Assembly (NCBI RefSeq): GCF_964204645.1
Contig: NC_134032.1
Span: 4,178,175 to 4,242,174 of the forward strand
Length of the DNA: 64,000 nucleotides
Source: Tubulanus polymorphus
Taxonomy: Eukaryota; Animalia; Nemertea
Reading direction: 5' to 3'
Shown: in pieces, positions 14,201-26,845 of the stretch
How positions within the stretch are numbered: position 1 is the first letter of the stretch
How the letters are laid out: each line of letters opens with the position of its first letter
Made by a program: the position numbers and the translations under genes
The notes under the pieces: model-generated
Told to the model about the DNA's origin: nothing
Database searches by the model: none
Seen by the model: the letters and a program-made list of their open reading frames with translations, nothing else

Positions 14201-16485
14201 GATGATGTCATTATCAGCCAATCGGATATCCCGTTTTATTTAAGCTCGGGTTTTCCCTTTTATAGTTCGTACGTGAAAGCGATTAAACAACGAGAGCAAT
14301 CGCATTTGTGCGGCAAAGTTGCGCGTGTACTTGCGCACCCGGTCTAGTGTGGCAGGGGTTCGTACTGTGGCTGAGTGTAGCGATGTCATTAGGTTCGAAT
14401 CCCTGCCGCGGGAAGATGGGTGATAAAAGGGCCTTTTCTATTCCTATTTCATACGGATGCAGTTTCAGCGAATGGTGGTTGGACTCCGGTTGGAAACAAC
14501 AAATGTTTCAAGATTTCTGCGCTTGCTAGTACGTTCAATCGGACCAAACTTTGTCCCGGCTTTTCGATAGCTGAAGTGGAGAGCTGGACTGAAAATCAAG
14601 CGGCCAGAAGTAAGTACAGAAACGAGTCGATGTAATACACCCGGGTCTCGTACGTAGAAGGCAAGTGTGCTAACAAGTAGACCAATAGAACCAGCCCAAG
14701 TTCGGTAGATATGAGCTTCTAGTTGTCCGTCGATTTACATTTTTACTTTAATAAGATCACTTTTAATAGTGACGATATACAAATTCAAGATACCTACCGA
14801 CCATCTTCGCCCAACCTTCTTCGCTTTTATTCGGATTGAGAAAATTGCGATTTTGAATCTTATAATCGTTTTCATTAGGGCTCATTCCCGCAGACTACGG
14901 ATCAACGTGGCTTAACTTCACTAGACCGTTTACAATGGTGAGTCTATTTGTTAGTTAGTAGCTTTTCCATGTAAATCGATTAACTGGTTATATATATATT
15001 CAAAAGACCGTATCAATGTTGATTTTGATGGCTTTATCAGGCGCCCTCGAGGGGTCCACTTAACTAGACATGGAAAAAATGAATTACGATATTAGCTAGA
15101 TGAATTTTGCCACCAAGACTTTTCTGCGACAAATATTTTGTCAATGTTTTCTAACAAACTAGTTCATTCATTCCATTCATTGATATACTCCAGCACATTA
15201 GCATTCGCTAGTATTGTTGGAGCGTGCGCGTCTGTGTTAAAAGAGGAAGGAAAAGAATGTGCATGGAAAATCTGATTAATAATAATGATAAAAGAGATAA
15301 TGTACATTTTTAAAAACACTCAACAGGATTTCGGAATAAATCTAGGGTTGTGCCACAGATACCAGACTCCTGAAGGATACGGGTGACTGGGTAAGAACAA
15401 CTGATGGAGGGAGAGTATTCAATTGGGCTTTGGAAATTGCTTTTGGAAAAAAGAGTACTTGTAGCAGTGTTTTGTAGTTTCTTGAATGCTTAGAAACGAC
15501 GCTATTTTCAAAAATCTTATAATGGGAATAATTTATGGTTTTGATTATGTGGTCGGAAAGCGTACATTATCGTATTCGAACATAAATTCATTGAGGAATA
15601 GGAAGTTTTAACAATTTTACGTCGAGCCTTTTTTGCTACCGGCCACACCTGCCTGAGATGGAACGGGGTATTTTCATTAAATGGGATACCGAAATAAACA
15701 GATGTATTAGATGTATTGGGTACAGGTTAATTCTCTTTTTTGATCGATGTGCTGGACACTTCGGTTTCAGTTTGGATCCGATAAACAACCTTCCTAGACC
15801 AGGAAGTGACCTTAATGGGGACATGTTTGTCCATTGCCTAATCTAATGCCGACAACTTTACCCGTAGAGTAGAACATCATACTACTCCGGAAGCTAGCTC
15901 AATTGTCTTTCTCATGCACATGACGTCGTGGTTTGTTCGCCAACCAGTCGTGGATACTTGTCATGCTATCTTGAGATAACTGCTCGCAGGTCGTACATAT
16001 AATAACAAAACACGATAATCAACTTTTTGGTTACTTACTCATGTTTGGAGTTAATATGGAAATTTAAACCATGACCATAGGGAGAAACTGACCCCAACCA
16101 GACACGTCTGAAATTTGGCCCGTGTCAATTTAAAAGTGCACAATATTCACCAATTCGCATTCACACGAAGATTCATAATTTGGCACGGGCTTGGTCTTAC
16201 GTTTTGGGCGGACTATATTCTTCCCGTTTTAAACAGGCATGAGTCCGGCACCTCCACGCGCGGGCTCAGGTCAGAAATTATCGGTGATTGCGATGAATAT
16301 TATTTCAGAACTACAGCAAATGGATGCGGGGAGAACCAAACAATCAGAACAATGAAGAAAATTGCGTCGAAATTCAACGCTCTTATGGCGCATGGAACGA
16401 TGAACGATGCACTTCCAAACTTGTGCCTGCAGTCGAAGGCTTGCTAATAACAACAAAATATGCGACGAGGCGAAAAGCACTTTAG
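8229..16485 (+). CDS. Multi-exon secreted protein: signal peptide, TSP1, EGF, C-type lectin, half-EGF, cbEGF, C-type lectin (one exon appears damaged)
   Basis: GT-AG exons: 8229-8322 (signal), 9132-9320 (TSP1, WGGWSPC..TCGGG.QTR.RSC), 10892-11017 (EGF), ~11506-11541 (remnant), 11813-11868, 12632-12818 (EPN...WND then YSCSCRDGY), 13731-13859 (DINEC cbEGF), 14463-14609, 14879-14937, 16309-16485 (GEPNN...NCVE...WND.RC). Phases are compatible except at the 5' side of the 11.5-kb exon. Confidence 0.8.
12878..13345. repeat. 33-bp intronic minisatellite, about 14 copies
   Basis: Unit approximately TCTGCTGTCTGTACCCTGCAACCCCTCAGACAA. Further degenerate units lie at 13628-13708. Confidence 0.93.
14145..14370. 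mobile_element. MITE-like fold-back element in an intron
   Basis: About 55-bp imperfect inverted repeats: GCCACGGTACGAAACCCTGCCACACTAGACCG... and ...CGGTCTAGTGTGGCAGGGGTTCGTACTGTGGC. Confidence 0.7.
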
Positions 16486-17199
16486 ATAGGTTAACTATAG
16501 TTTTCTAGACTAATTCGCCTATGGCGAAACTACTATACATAAGTAGCGAAAACTCGTGCGGCTAATTAACTAGTTAACCTATAAAGTACTAGTAGTCTCG
16601 TCACCGGAGAGCCTATCTTAAAATTTTTTACCCGATTTACTTTTCTTAATCCTTATGATTTAAATGTATCGTACTTGAAACGGTAATAACGGTATAACTC
16701 CCCAGCTCTGCGTGCATACGCTTAGTTGTTTCCTTTTTAAAAATATGTCCATTTGAAGGCTCGAAAAAGTAATCCATTTTTTCAAACTATCAGGTTTTCA
16801 CCGACAAGTTCGCTCTATCAATTCCACCTGCTCGGTCAGGGTTTATGTCAGCTTTTTATTATCAGGCTTATTATTATTATTACCATATCTAGTGCTGTGT
16901 ATCCAAGTAAAAGTACATGCTGAAAATCACTTACAGCATATTAAAAGATCTTCTGAATAAAATCACGATATTCTATTCGGACCAACAGTCTTCTCTTCAA
17001 TAGATTGAGTCGATACTATGTGAGAGGTCGATTATCCGGACCGTATCTTTTGGCTAGGGCCTTTTTATCTTCATGGGACATAGTGGTCTTGGAATCGTAA
17101 GTCGAGTCATTAAGCTCAATTTTGCTGAATGAAGCGAATGGGATTTCGTTTCTTTTTATACAATTAGAAACGTTTCCTTAATTTGTGCTATTTGTAGCT

Positions 17200-19150
17200 A
17201 ATGGTCCATTTACAGCCCAACCAAATGCTGTTCCAACGCCAAACGCGTCATAATTTATAAGCTTTTATTGTTGCCTATCAAAAGGCCGATCTCCACATTG
17301 ATCGATGGTTACACAATGCATGTAGTGCCATATGTGAACATCTTCCTGTCTAGGAATATCTTCATGTGAAACTGGCAAAGATGGTCTCGAATAAACATCC
17401 TTGAGCTCTATCATATTCACCTCGTCTAGGTCATATGACCTACCAGTCAGCTTCACTGTCATTATTTTCCAAAGTAGGCAACGAAAGTCGCACCTTTTTG
17501 CGCGTGACGCCAATACGTCTTACCAATTTCTCAGAGGGAGAGTAGTATGAGCCTGTGTCGCTGAGTGCATATGTAATAATGACGTCATTGTCATTATGTT
17601 TAAACTGAAAGGGAACAATCGGCAAGCCAACGATTACACCTGTCTTCTTTGTAAAATCATTCTGCGCCCCAATGGTTAATGCATTGTTAGACGAACCGCC
17701 ATTTTGATCAGCGGCCCGGCATTCAATACTGCGTGTCCTGTTGACATGCGACAAAGGGGAATGTTCCCCGCTACATATATTGCAGGCGAGGAATCAAATA
17801 GGTGAAACGCAATCCATTATCATTCACGAATTTCACCTGTTTATCGTAAAACCTCGCCTTAAAATCGGAACAATCTATTAACTTAACAATTTGTACATAA
17901 TACAAGTTTTATTGCTTGTTGTCTGTTGTGACTTGTCACGCTTGATTTCACCCGATGAACCGAAACAGCTTCTAGCTGGGCTCTGCTGCCTCTCGACGTA
18001 TCGGCCCCACTCCGCGCGGGTGCGCCACCGTGCGGGGTTTACGCGAAGCAGCAAACACAAACATGGCCACTCTCTCAATTTTCAATGATAGAAATCGTGT
18101 GTGCTTTGCAATTATTTCGGCTGTTAGGGTTTTAAGGCACAATATAAGTTGATGATGTGATATGGCGATGTTAATTAATGATAATTCCGCGGTGAAGCTA
18201 GTCACGAACGGTGCCGATTGAGTGTACAGCTGCCAAAAACACTGAAATGTGCGTAGTTGCGTAACTATTTGCAGTGAATTGCAGACGAAACATGAAGCCT
18301 TAACGGCCGTTTAAAAGAAAAATTATACCAATCGCAATAGTAAAATAAAAATGAGATAGAACCTAAGTTAAAATTCTGGCCATTTCTAAAATGTTATTAC
18401 TAATTTTTAGTCAGTGCGGAACGTTTAGTTTTCCAACAATAATGAGGGGTGGTAAGTAGTCATGCAATTCAAGTCATCATTTATTACACGTTACTTCCGT
18501 GTCGTTGAAAATTTCGCGAGTCCTGGACCAAACCCCATTGAACAATGTGATCTGTGTGCTGGCCACAAATGCACACAGATCACAATACCCTACCCATTAC
18601 ACACTCCAGTACCCACAGCTTTCATATATCCATCCAAATATTTAGAGTGTCTTTCTTCCTGGATATTGTCCGTTATTCTACCGAATACTGGGTGGTTGAC
18701 AATCCGCACCTAGTTCTCAATAAAGGCGCTGATATCTGCGAGAGTAATTTTGCGAAATTCTAGTTGAGTAATATAGTTCGCTTTAACTCACCACCGTTTC
18801 CGGGAGTCGACCGGTTACTTGACGCAGATTGTCGGGATTTTGTTTAAATAACCAATTTCGTTCGTTCAGCGTGTTTCTACAAGTAATCGATGATAAAGAA
18901 AATCAGATTAGGTGAGCCATTAATCAGACGATCAACGGGAGCGATAGCAATGCGATGATTATTGCTGTATTTTCCAGACAGGAGATGCTTCGTTTATTTA
19001 TATCATCTTTTCATCAGTTCTTGTGCGTCGCTTCTAGTGTACTGAACTTAATAATACAGTCGTTCACTATTACCAACGTTTTTGTAACCATTGAAAGCTT
19101 TCCATCTTTGTTGACTGGCAGCACGTATATGTTTAAACCTTTACAATCTT
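17200..19150 (-). mobile_element. Highly degenerate BEL/Pao LTR retrotransposon relic (gag-protease)
   Basis: Broken minus-strand fragments: ERLYY.VQYT, KYSNNHRIA, NPDNLRQVTGRLP (gag); LPIVP...TYALSDTGS (protease); IPRQEDV; TAFGWAVNGPL. Confidence 0.72.
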
Positions 19151-19833
19151 AAGACATATCGTTACTATTGTAATGAGATATATCAAACTTTCTATTCAAA
19201 TCCAAAATCCAGAATTAAAAGTAACGGGTTCTTAACTTAACCCTTCATTTTTGGAAAAGGGGTTCAATAAGAATGTCCAATGAGCGCGATACCTCACATA
19301 ATAGCAGCAAAACCACTAAAATACGCGAAAACAACACCAGAAAAGAATGAAACTACCAGACAACACAGAACTTAAAATCGAACAGTATACTAATAACACT
19401 ATACTATGTGTAACTGACTTAGAATCACTGAATGAAGTCTTGACAACTTTAGCTCTTTTTGAACGGGCATCGGGTGCAAAAATTAAACTAATAGGGAATC
19501 TATTCTGGTGAGCTTCGAACTCGCAATAATTCGTACAGCAGCGTATCGCCTATACCACCCGAACACCGGGTCCAGTCAGCAGTAGTGATGATTGGCGCTT
19601 TTATACATGTATCGCGTGTGTCTTATATGCCTCTCATTTGTTGGTATTACCCCCAGCCTATAACTCTAAACACGTACGCATCAGTCTGAGTTCGATTCGG
19701 ATGATTCGATTTTTTTCTGAATAAGCTACTACTTCCGAGGTAACAGCCTCTATGGCACTTTATGAACGGTGCACATCCGCGATTTTACAGCGTCCACTAA
19801 CGACCAACTTAACAGGCGAATGCGACGAATAGA

Positions 19834-20847
19834 TTATCTTTTCGATGCATTACAAATAGTAGTTAAGAGATCTTTTCTAAACTGTTCGCTACTAGCCAGA
19901 TAAATAAAACCATTCAAAACATGATTCGCCCTATATAGTAGAGTTGCACCCACGTGGCCAAAAAGTACAAACCAAGCGTATGAGCCGAATAGTCTACAAT
20001 TAGGGACATAATATGTGGTGGTTTCCTCCAACGAGCCTTTCTCCAGAACTAACGTGTCAAATAGACACATCGGGAAAGTAAAACACAGGAACGCTAACGC
20101 TGTTGTAACGACTAAAGCTGTGATCTTATTCGACGCTCCTTGTTTTTTATAGGATGCAGTACCTTTGGCGACAGGCAGTTTAGCTGATTTTCGAACTGAT
20201 GAAATTATTATCCAATTAGCTACGGAGATAACGACAAAAGGAACATAAAGGGATATAGTATTTGTAGTTGCGTAGTAAGCAAAAAGTACATATTTTTCTA
20301 CAATTTGACAGTTTGTCCAGATTCTATATTTAATTGACTCAAACTGTGAACACCAGCCGAGATTCTGCACCGTCAATAAAACTGCCGTAACGAATAGCAG
20401 TTTGCAGCTGCGTTTAATCGTACAGATAGACACTGCTTGTAGGGGTTTAGGCACAGCTTTAGCGCGATCTATAGTCATCAACACTAGAAACCATATAGCG
20501 ATCTGACTTGGCCCGATCTTGTGGAACTGCTTCAAAACGCATTCGACATCGTTGAACGGGTGTCCGAAGTAGTTCATCAGATATTGAGTTTCAACCGATA
20601 CAATAGCGTACAGATCGGCGACACCGATGACCAACATGTGGAAATAACTGGTACTAGACGCCGAGCGTTTAAAAGTGCCCAAAAGTACGATACCAAAGTT
20701 AACGCATCCAACAGCGGGAAAAACGAACGCCAAATACCAACGCATGTCTCGACTGATATCGGCCGCGTCGTTAAACAATCTGCGTAAACGTTTACGAGCT
20801 TGCCTACGAGCCAACTTACTGGACATAAGTGAATCCGTTATATTCAT
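19834..20847 (-). CDS. Intronless class A GPCR, peptide-receptor (FMRFamide/srw-like) type, 337 aa
   Basis: Seven hydrophobic segments, TM3 MTIDR, TM2 VADL, TM5 YVPF, TM6 F.C.TFP and a TM7 NGFIY variant of NPxxY. Confidence 0.85.
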   Translation of the reverse strand: MNITDSLMSSKLARRQARKRLRRLFNDAADISRDMRWYLAFVFPAVGCVNFGIVLLGTFKRSASSTSYFHMLVIGVADLYAIVSVETQYLMNYFGHPFNDVECVLKQFHKIGPSQIAIWFLVLMTIDRAKAVPKPLQAVSICTIKRSCKLLFVTAVLLTVQNLGWCSQFESIKYRIWTNCQIVEKYVLFAYYATTNTISLYVPFVVISVANWIIISSVRKSAKLPVAKGTASYKKQGASNKITALVVTTALAFLCFTFPMCLFDTLVLEKGSLEETTTYYVPNCRLFGSYAWFVLFGHVGATLLYRANHVLNGFIYLASSEQFRKDLLTTICNASKR

Positions 20848-21744
20848 CGTGGTATTGTTGATAAGTGACGCACGTCACAAAATCCTCAAATAGCACGGAA
20901 GAGTTTAAAACCATGGCGGAAAACCGACACTGCTCCCAGCAAAGATACTAACGATAATGATAATTTCCTTCTTACATAGCACTTTGAATATAAAATCATT
21001 ACAGCGCTTTATACCAAATTGGAAAGCATGTCGATCAGAATGAACTGCCATCTCATAATGTTATTGAACTGAACATGTCTCCTCGCATATCAGAAAATCA
21101 ATTCCGATTTACTACAAGGGATATAATAGAAATAATTTAATATTCAGTCTTTTATATTACAATCACAATTTCATTTGCAGGATGTATTACTTACAGCTAA
21201 TTGAAAATCAACTCTCACAAACCTCACACAATTTAATTAGATAGGCCTTATAGCAAGCGTTTGTGAATGTGTAAAATATAAACGCAACTATATTGAATAT
21301 CATTATTCTTTGTCCAAGAATTCATCATAAATTGTGAAAGTAAAACTTCTGAACTGGTTGGAAAATATATTCATCAATTATATACGGGGACACGCATGTC
21401 GAAATATGATCAGCTCATTAGAACCACGTATTTATAATCAAATCCATAAGAGAAACAAGTGTTGTGATTACTTTATAGTACAGCCCTATCAATGATATTA
21501 GTCATAATTAGAAAAATAGATAAAATGCATGTACGAAGATCTAGTTATTGAGATCCAGAGAGAATATCCAGATTAAGCTATGGCACTGACATGGGACATG
21601 CAACCATACGGACCTGATCCGACTGACGAGAGACAACCACAATAAACAACGTGCATTGGAACTAAAGTATACAGAAATCAGTATCAGTTATACTAGGAAG
21701 AAACATGGTGAAATAGCATCACATTATCCGGTTTGCTCGACTAC

Positions 21745-21835
21745 AGTAGTAGAAATTGGGCTTTTCATACCAGAGGTATGAGGCATGTTGTAAGTAGGTT
21801 TTGGGTAAAAATACTATGTAAAATATATTAATGGT
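21745..21835 (+). mobile_element. Polinton-like terminal fragment
   Basis: Begins AGTAGTAGAAATTGGGCTTTTCATACCAGAGG, resembling the terminus at 7490. About 70 bp is repeated at 22905-22975. Confidence 0.55.
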
Positions 21836-21851
21836 TTTTGCTGCCTTGCGA

Positions 21852-22859
21852 CAGCTTATAAACGTAATTTTCAATTCTGTCAGAAATATAACTCAGCGCC
21901 TGACGATTTCGAATTTGCGAATAGTAATTTATTATGAATTAATCCAGCGTAATTACCGGGTCTAAACAGCGACAAGAATAACGCAAAGAATCGTCATCCA
22001 TTGATAAAAGTGCACCACGAAAAGCCTTAAATTTACCGGGCGACCTTGAGCGTCAACTCAACCGTAAATCTCGGATTCGAACTCCTATTAGTCCGGACAC
22101 GTCAATTCTCGCTATCTGATTCATATATGAGCGATTCAAAACGCCTCTATTTTGTTTACGCAAATCACGTAATCGGACTGATATAAGTCCCGATGCGTCA
22201 TTTCCCGTTTCTGTTTCATATATCTCCACCATTTTGTACCATCATCCGTTTGGCAGATGAACTCAACATTATCTAGATCGCTTCAAAGACATCGACGCAG
22301 TTGATGCCACATCATGTTCGAATCCATCCCGACATCGCTATGATTTTGTTACCTATAATTCCATATTGAAGTAAATTAATGTTCATTGAGTATACGTGGT
22401 TAAGTTAGTTTTCAAAGTAGATTTAGTTCAAACTTATGTGCAATATGTAAACTGATAAATGGAAACAAAAGCAACTTTTTAAAAAATCGTTGTTTATTTC
22501 TGAATGCAAATTCCTCAATGAACAATTGATGCATAAAGGTAGATCAACCTAGTATTAACGAAATTATCGAACAAAACGCGCAAGGAGAGCATGTGCGACG
22601 GACTAGTTCATGCAACTGCCACCAGGGGACTTTGAAAAACCATATCTTGGGTTAAGCCATTTTGGTACATCGATACTTTCACGCGAAAGCCCTTATATGT
22701 AGCTGGATCCACATTATCCAGCATATTGTTGACCCAGGTTGCGCTTCTCGGAAATAAGTCATATGTTATAGACTGTAGAATTATTTCGATGACACTTCCC
22801 AGTGAGATAAATGAACCAGTTAGGCAGAAACCCGCTATTGCTGCTATGCAGCTATATTT
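21852..22859 (+). mobile_element. Non-autonomous Helentron-derived element (left end missing)
   Basis: 21852-22075 is homologous to 44517-44735 of the Helentron. It ends GCAGAAACCC-GCTATT-GCTGC TAT GCAGC-TATATTT, repeating the Helentron hairpin arm. Confidence 0.75.
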
Positions 22860-22899
22860 GGTTAAGTTTTATCTATATAAATGGAGAATGATAATGCAA

Positions 22900-23830
22900 A
22901 TCGTTGGGGCTTCATACCAGAAGTATGAAGTATGTAGGTAGGTTTTGGGTAAAAATATTAAGTAAAATACATTTGGTAAATTCCTGCTATTTGAATGCAG
23001 AATGATAATGCCCTTAAAATTTCTAAAATTTCAAGAATTTGTAAATGTTGTATTGAATTTAATAAATCTAATTCCATGTAAGAATATTTAGGTAGAGGCA
23101 CGAGAAAAAATACACGTTTCGCACCTAAAAAACAGAATTTTCATCTAAAAAATTAAATGAATTATCAGAAGACGGTGAATATCATATAGATAGATTAGAA
23201 AAAAAATTGATATTTAATATGGAAAAAGAATAAGCGCATATTTAAGTCATACAGGATTAAATAGCACACATAGATGTAGACCTATATTACCTGAAAGATA
23301 CATTCAATTATCAGATGAAGAATTAGTTGATAATAATAATTAATAATAATGTTTATTTAGGATATAATAGAAAAAGGAAGATGGTTGTCATTTAATAGAA
23401 TTCATTGAATCGGAATAATATTTAATAATTAAAAGAAAATAAAAAAAACAAAAAAAAATTGAAATCATGAAACCAAAGATATATTAAGCGATTAAAGGAT
23501 AAGATATGATTCATTATCAATAAATTATCTGGACGGAATTATTTATTGCTCTGCATAGATAGATAAACATAGTGAGATATTTAATCACGTGAATATTCTA
23601 AAGTATTTATAATATATGTATTACAGTAGTCTAATTGTTTTTTTTTCAAATTGAAAGATGACAGTACATAGAAGAACGTTTTGTTTTAATTAATGCACAT
23701 TTAATTAAAACCATTTATTTTAATCGATAATTAATTCAATTTTTAATCAAATCATAATTAAGCTGAAAATCCTCAATTCAATAATAAGTTTTCATTCTTT
23801 CATTCTTTTTAATCGAAATAATATAAAATC
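22900..23830 (+). mobile_element. Second Polinton relic
   Basis: AT-rich tract with a terminus-like repeat and a broken homologue of ORF 2640-2999 (YLPERYIQLSDEEL...DGCHLIEF versus YLPDRFHRLSSEDL...KGRHEIDF). Boundaries are approximate. Confidence 0.6.
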
Positions 23831-26800
23831 TCAAATAACGTTTTCCTAGGAAACAGAGTTAATATTGGTTTCGGTGTTTTGAGCTAGTATGTATACATAT
23901 ATAGTAATCTGTTTCACTTATAAAATTGGCTGCCCGGTCTTGCAGGGCTACACGTAATAATAATTAGTATACCTTTTAGAATAATGTAGATTTAAAAACA
24001 ACATTGAATCGGCAGCTTCTATTCACTACGCCTAATTTACAACTTGATCGTCGAGTTATTTACCTAAGGTGAAGGTAACTTTTTCCTTCATGGAAGTCGG
24101 TATTGAAATAAGTAACACATCTTCCGAGATATAATGAGAGGTCATCTGTTGTTTTATTGGACTTTTTCACTACTGAGGGATGCGTGTTTACTAAAAACTA
24201 CGAGATGTTGAACCGATTTAGTGGGATTCAATAATGGTAGAGGTGAACAAAATAGTAAAATCTTGAACGAGTAACCGAATCGGGAACAAGTTATACGTAT
24301 TTCTTAATGGAAGGTATCATTTGAACAAGTAACCGAATCAAGAATAAGAAACGAGTAACTTACTTCACTTGGGTTTTGTTTTGGTGACAAATCGCGGATT
24401 TATACGAGCAATTCACGAAGCTGAAATAGGAAAAAACAAATCGGTGATATTTTGACTGATTTTCAAAAATATTCTATTGCTCATAAAGGCTAGTAAACGT
24501 TAGTAGAGAATATCACAGTCCTACAGTTAGAAACAAGTTTTATTGGTACCACATTCAAAATTGTAGTCGATAGCTATCAGGGTGTGATTTGAATGATGAT
24601 AGATGTTTACAGAATGGTGACAGAAAGACCACTAGTTGTACGACTTATCGATGCGAAACTAGAAATGGATACATCATCCACTGATTAATTTCAACAGATA
24701 TATGAAACATGTTACTGAGGGTCTTACTGTTGATTACTGATTAATTTGAACAGAAATATGACGTATGTTACTGAGGCACTTACTGTTGATCATTTTCTTT
24801 CATATTCCAATGAAGTTCATGAATATAGTCAATTTGTTACTGATAACACTATTCAGCCGTTGAGACTGTTCATAAGAAATAAAAACCCCGTAATATCACT
24901 GAAACTATACGATATACGTAGGTCTAGCAATAACTATCGCCTAAACCTGTCAATGACACCAACGGTTTCGATGTTTTTCAAACTTTGTAGCGGCTCGAAT
25001 TAAACTTTATAGATAAATTCAAACCTTTCTTTTGTCCATTTTTATAAGCCGGACATTCTAATATATCTGAATGCTACAAGTTTCAGCTTTCAATGTTCTG
25101 TCGCCCACTGATTAAATTATTCATACTGTTTATCAATTCAGTTTGCATGGCTCTGATACAAATTGGTTGGAATTAGAATAAATGCGAGTGTTTCAGTTAT
25201 TGCAAAGATAACGGACTCACAGAACTGCTGCATGTCATGAAAAGAATGCACCGTAGAACAGACAGCGACTGGAGCTAGCAGGGACAAATACCTCAGATAG
25301 ATCTTTTCCCTTGGTCTTATTGATTTGAATGCGGAATAAAATTGAATTTTCTGAAATTTGCTCAATTAATAAAAATGGATTTGCTGTCTAACCTTGTTCA
25401 ATAAAGTAAAATTGAATTGAATTGGATTTGTTTTTTTTGCAGAATAAAATTTCATTGAATTTGTAGTTTGAGCACATGGCTAATTAGCATATCAAGGTCA
25501 TCCACCCGATTTGAGAAAAAGCTATTTTTCCCGGAATTCTGTGGTGCTAATAAAAATATTCCTCCCAGAAACCAAATCAACTAAAGATTTCACAGAAATC
25601 GATATTGAAATATAATTTTAGATCATAAAATGAAACCCAGAATTAAAACGGTAGACAATACCGCGGGTTCACGTGAACACCTGCTGATCTCTACGGCTAA
25701 GCCAATCATAGAGGAGTCTTTGCTTTCTGATTGGCGTTTTTAAACAGATATTTTTGCGATCAGATTTTTCAGATCAGAAAAAGCTCATACAAATTTTAAC
25801 GAGGCCTTCTTTCATGGATGATAATGCTTAAATGAATGATTTGTATGAATATATGCCCAGTTGCACTGTCAAAGAGCCTCATCTGGAAACCATGTCATTC
25901 AAATTTGCTCCATTTGTAAAGTAATAGTCTCAGCCTACGGCCTTCCTTTATTGCACACTTGCACACTCACCCTGCCCCCTTTTTGGTATAATAATGTAAC
26001 TTTATTGTTTATGTCCGGCATGTGCATTTTGGTTTCGTTCTTTTTGTAAATTTTCCTAAAATGTGCATTCGTGCGCGGTGGCAAATCATTATGTAATGTA
26101 TATAATTTCATAAAGGTAATAAACTTATGCTATAAAAAACGAACTGATATATACGGAACTGACTCTGTCAACACTCGTAAAAATACGTCAATGTTACATA
26201 AAAAATCTTTTGATTTCTAGTTCTTCCTTTATGTTCTTTATAAAAACTTTACTGAGATTCAGTATTTTCTTGTTTACTGGAAGTTTTCTAAGAACTCGCT
26301 CTGGTGAGCTTTGAGATCATATTGTAAGCAGGACAGACAATCTTTTATTTGTTACAAGAAAAGTCTACTTTTCTTATCTTTTTTTAGATTCCGAAATCAT
26401 AAATCCGAAGCAACGTCACATAGTGACTGGTCGGTCGAGATTTTGTTTAAATCAAAGTATCTATTTGTAGGTGTAGACCTTGCCGAGACATCACTATCGA
26501 GTCCGCGCATGCGCTATGGAAGTTGAAATTGTTTTGAAGGATTCAATACCATTATTTGTTAAAGGGTAACTGACACTTTTTTTTTATTTCAAAATTCGAT
26601 AAGTTCTATCGAACTAAGGAAGACTTTGAAATAGTTCTGTTCAAAAATGTGTAGTTTCCGCGAAAATCGTGATTTTGTAAGACAACTTTTGACCTCATTT
26701 CGTTGTATACATCGCGTTAGAAATCATCGGCAATTTCCGTCGATCTCCGGCGCTGTGACGTCAATAAAGTGAGCACTGAAAATTTTCTTCTATGAGATAA

Positions 26801-26845
26801 CGTTGCGTTTTTACTACTCGGCGTGTTTTCACTGCTTTTTCTCAA

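Noticed and set aside
19421-19490. L1/Tx1 RT-like peptide FERASGAKIN
   Set aside because: Too short to annotate as an element.
19505-19572. tRNA gene (also considered at 39440-39525 and 41580-41650)
   Set aside because: A/B-box-like motifs are present but there is no complete cloverleaf. These are more likely SINE heads.
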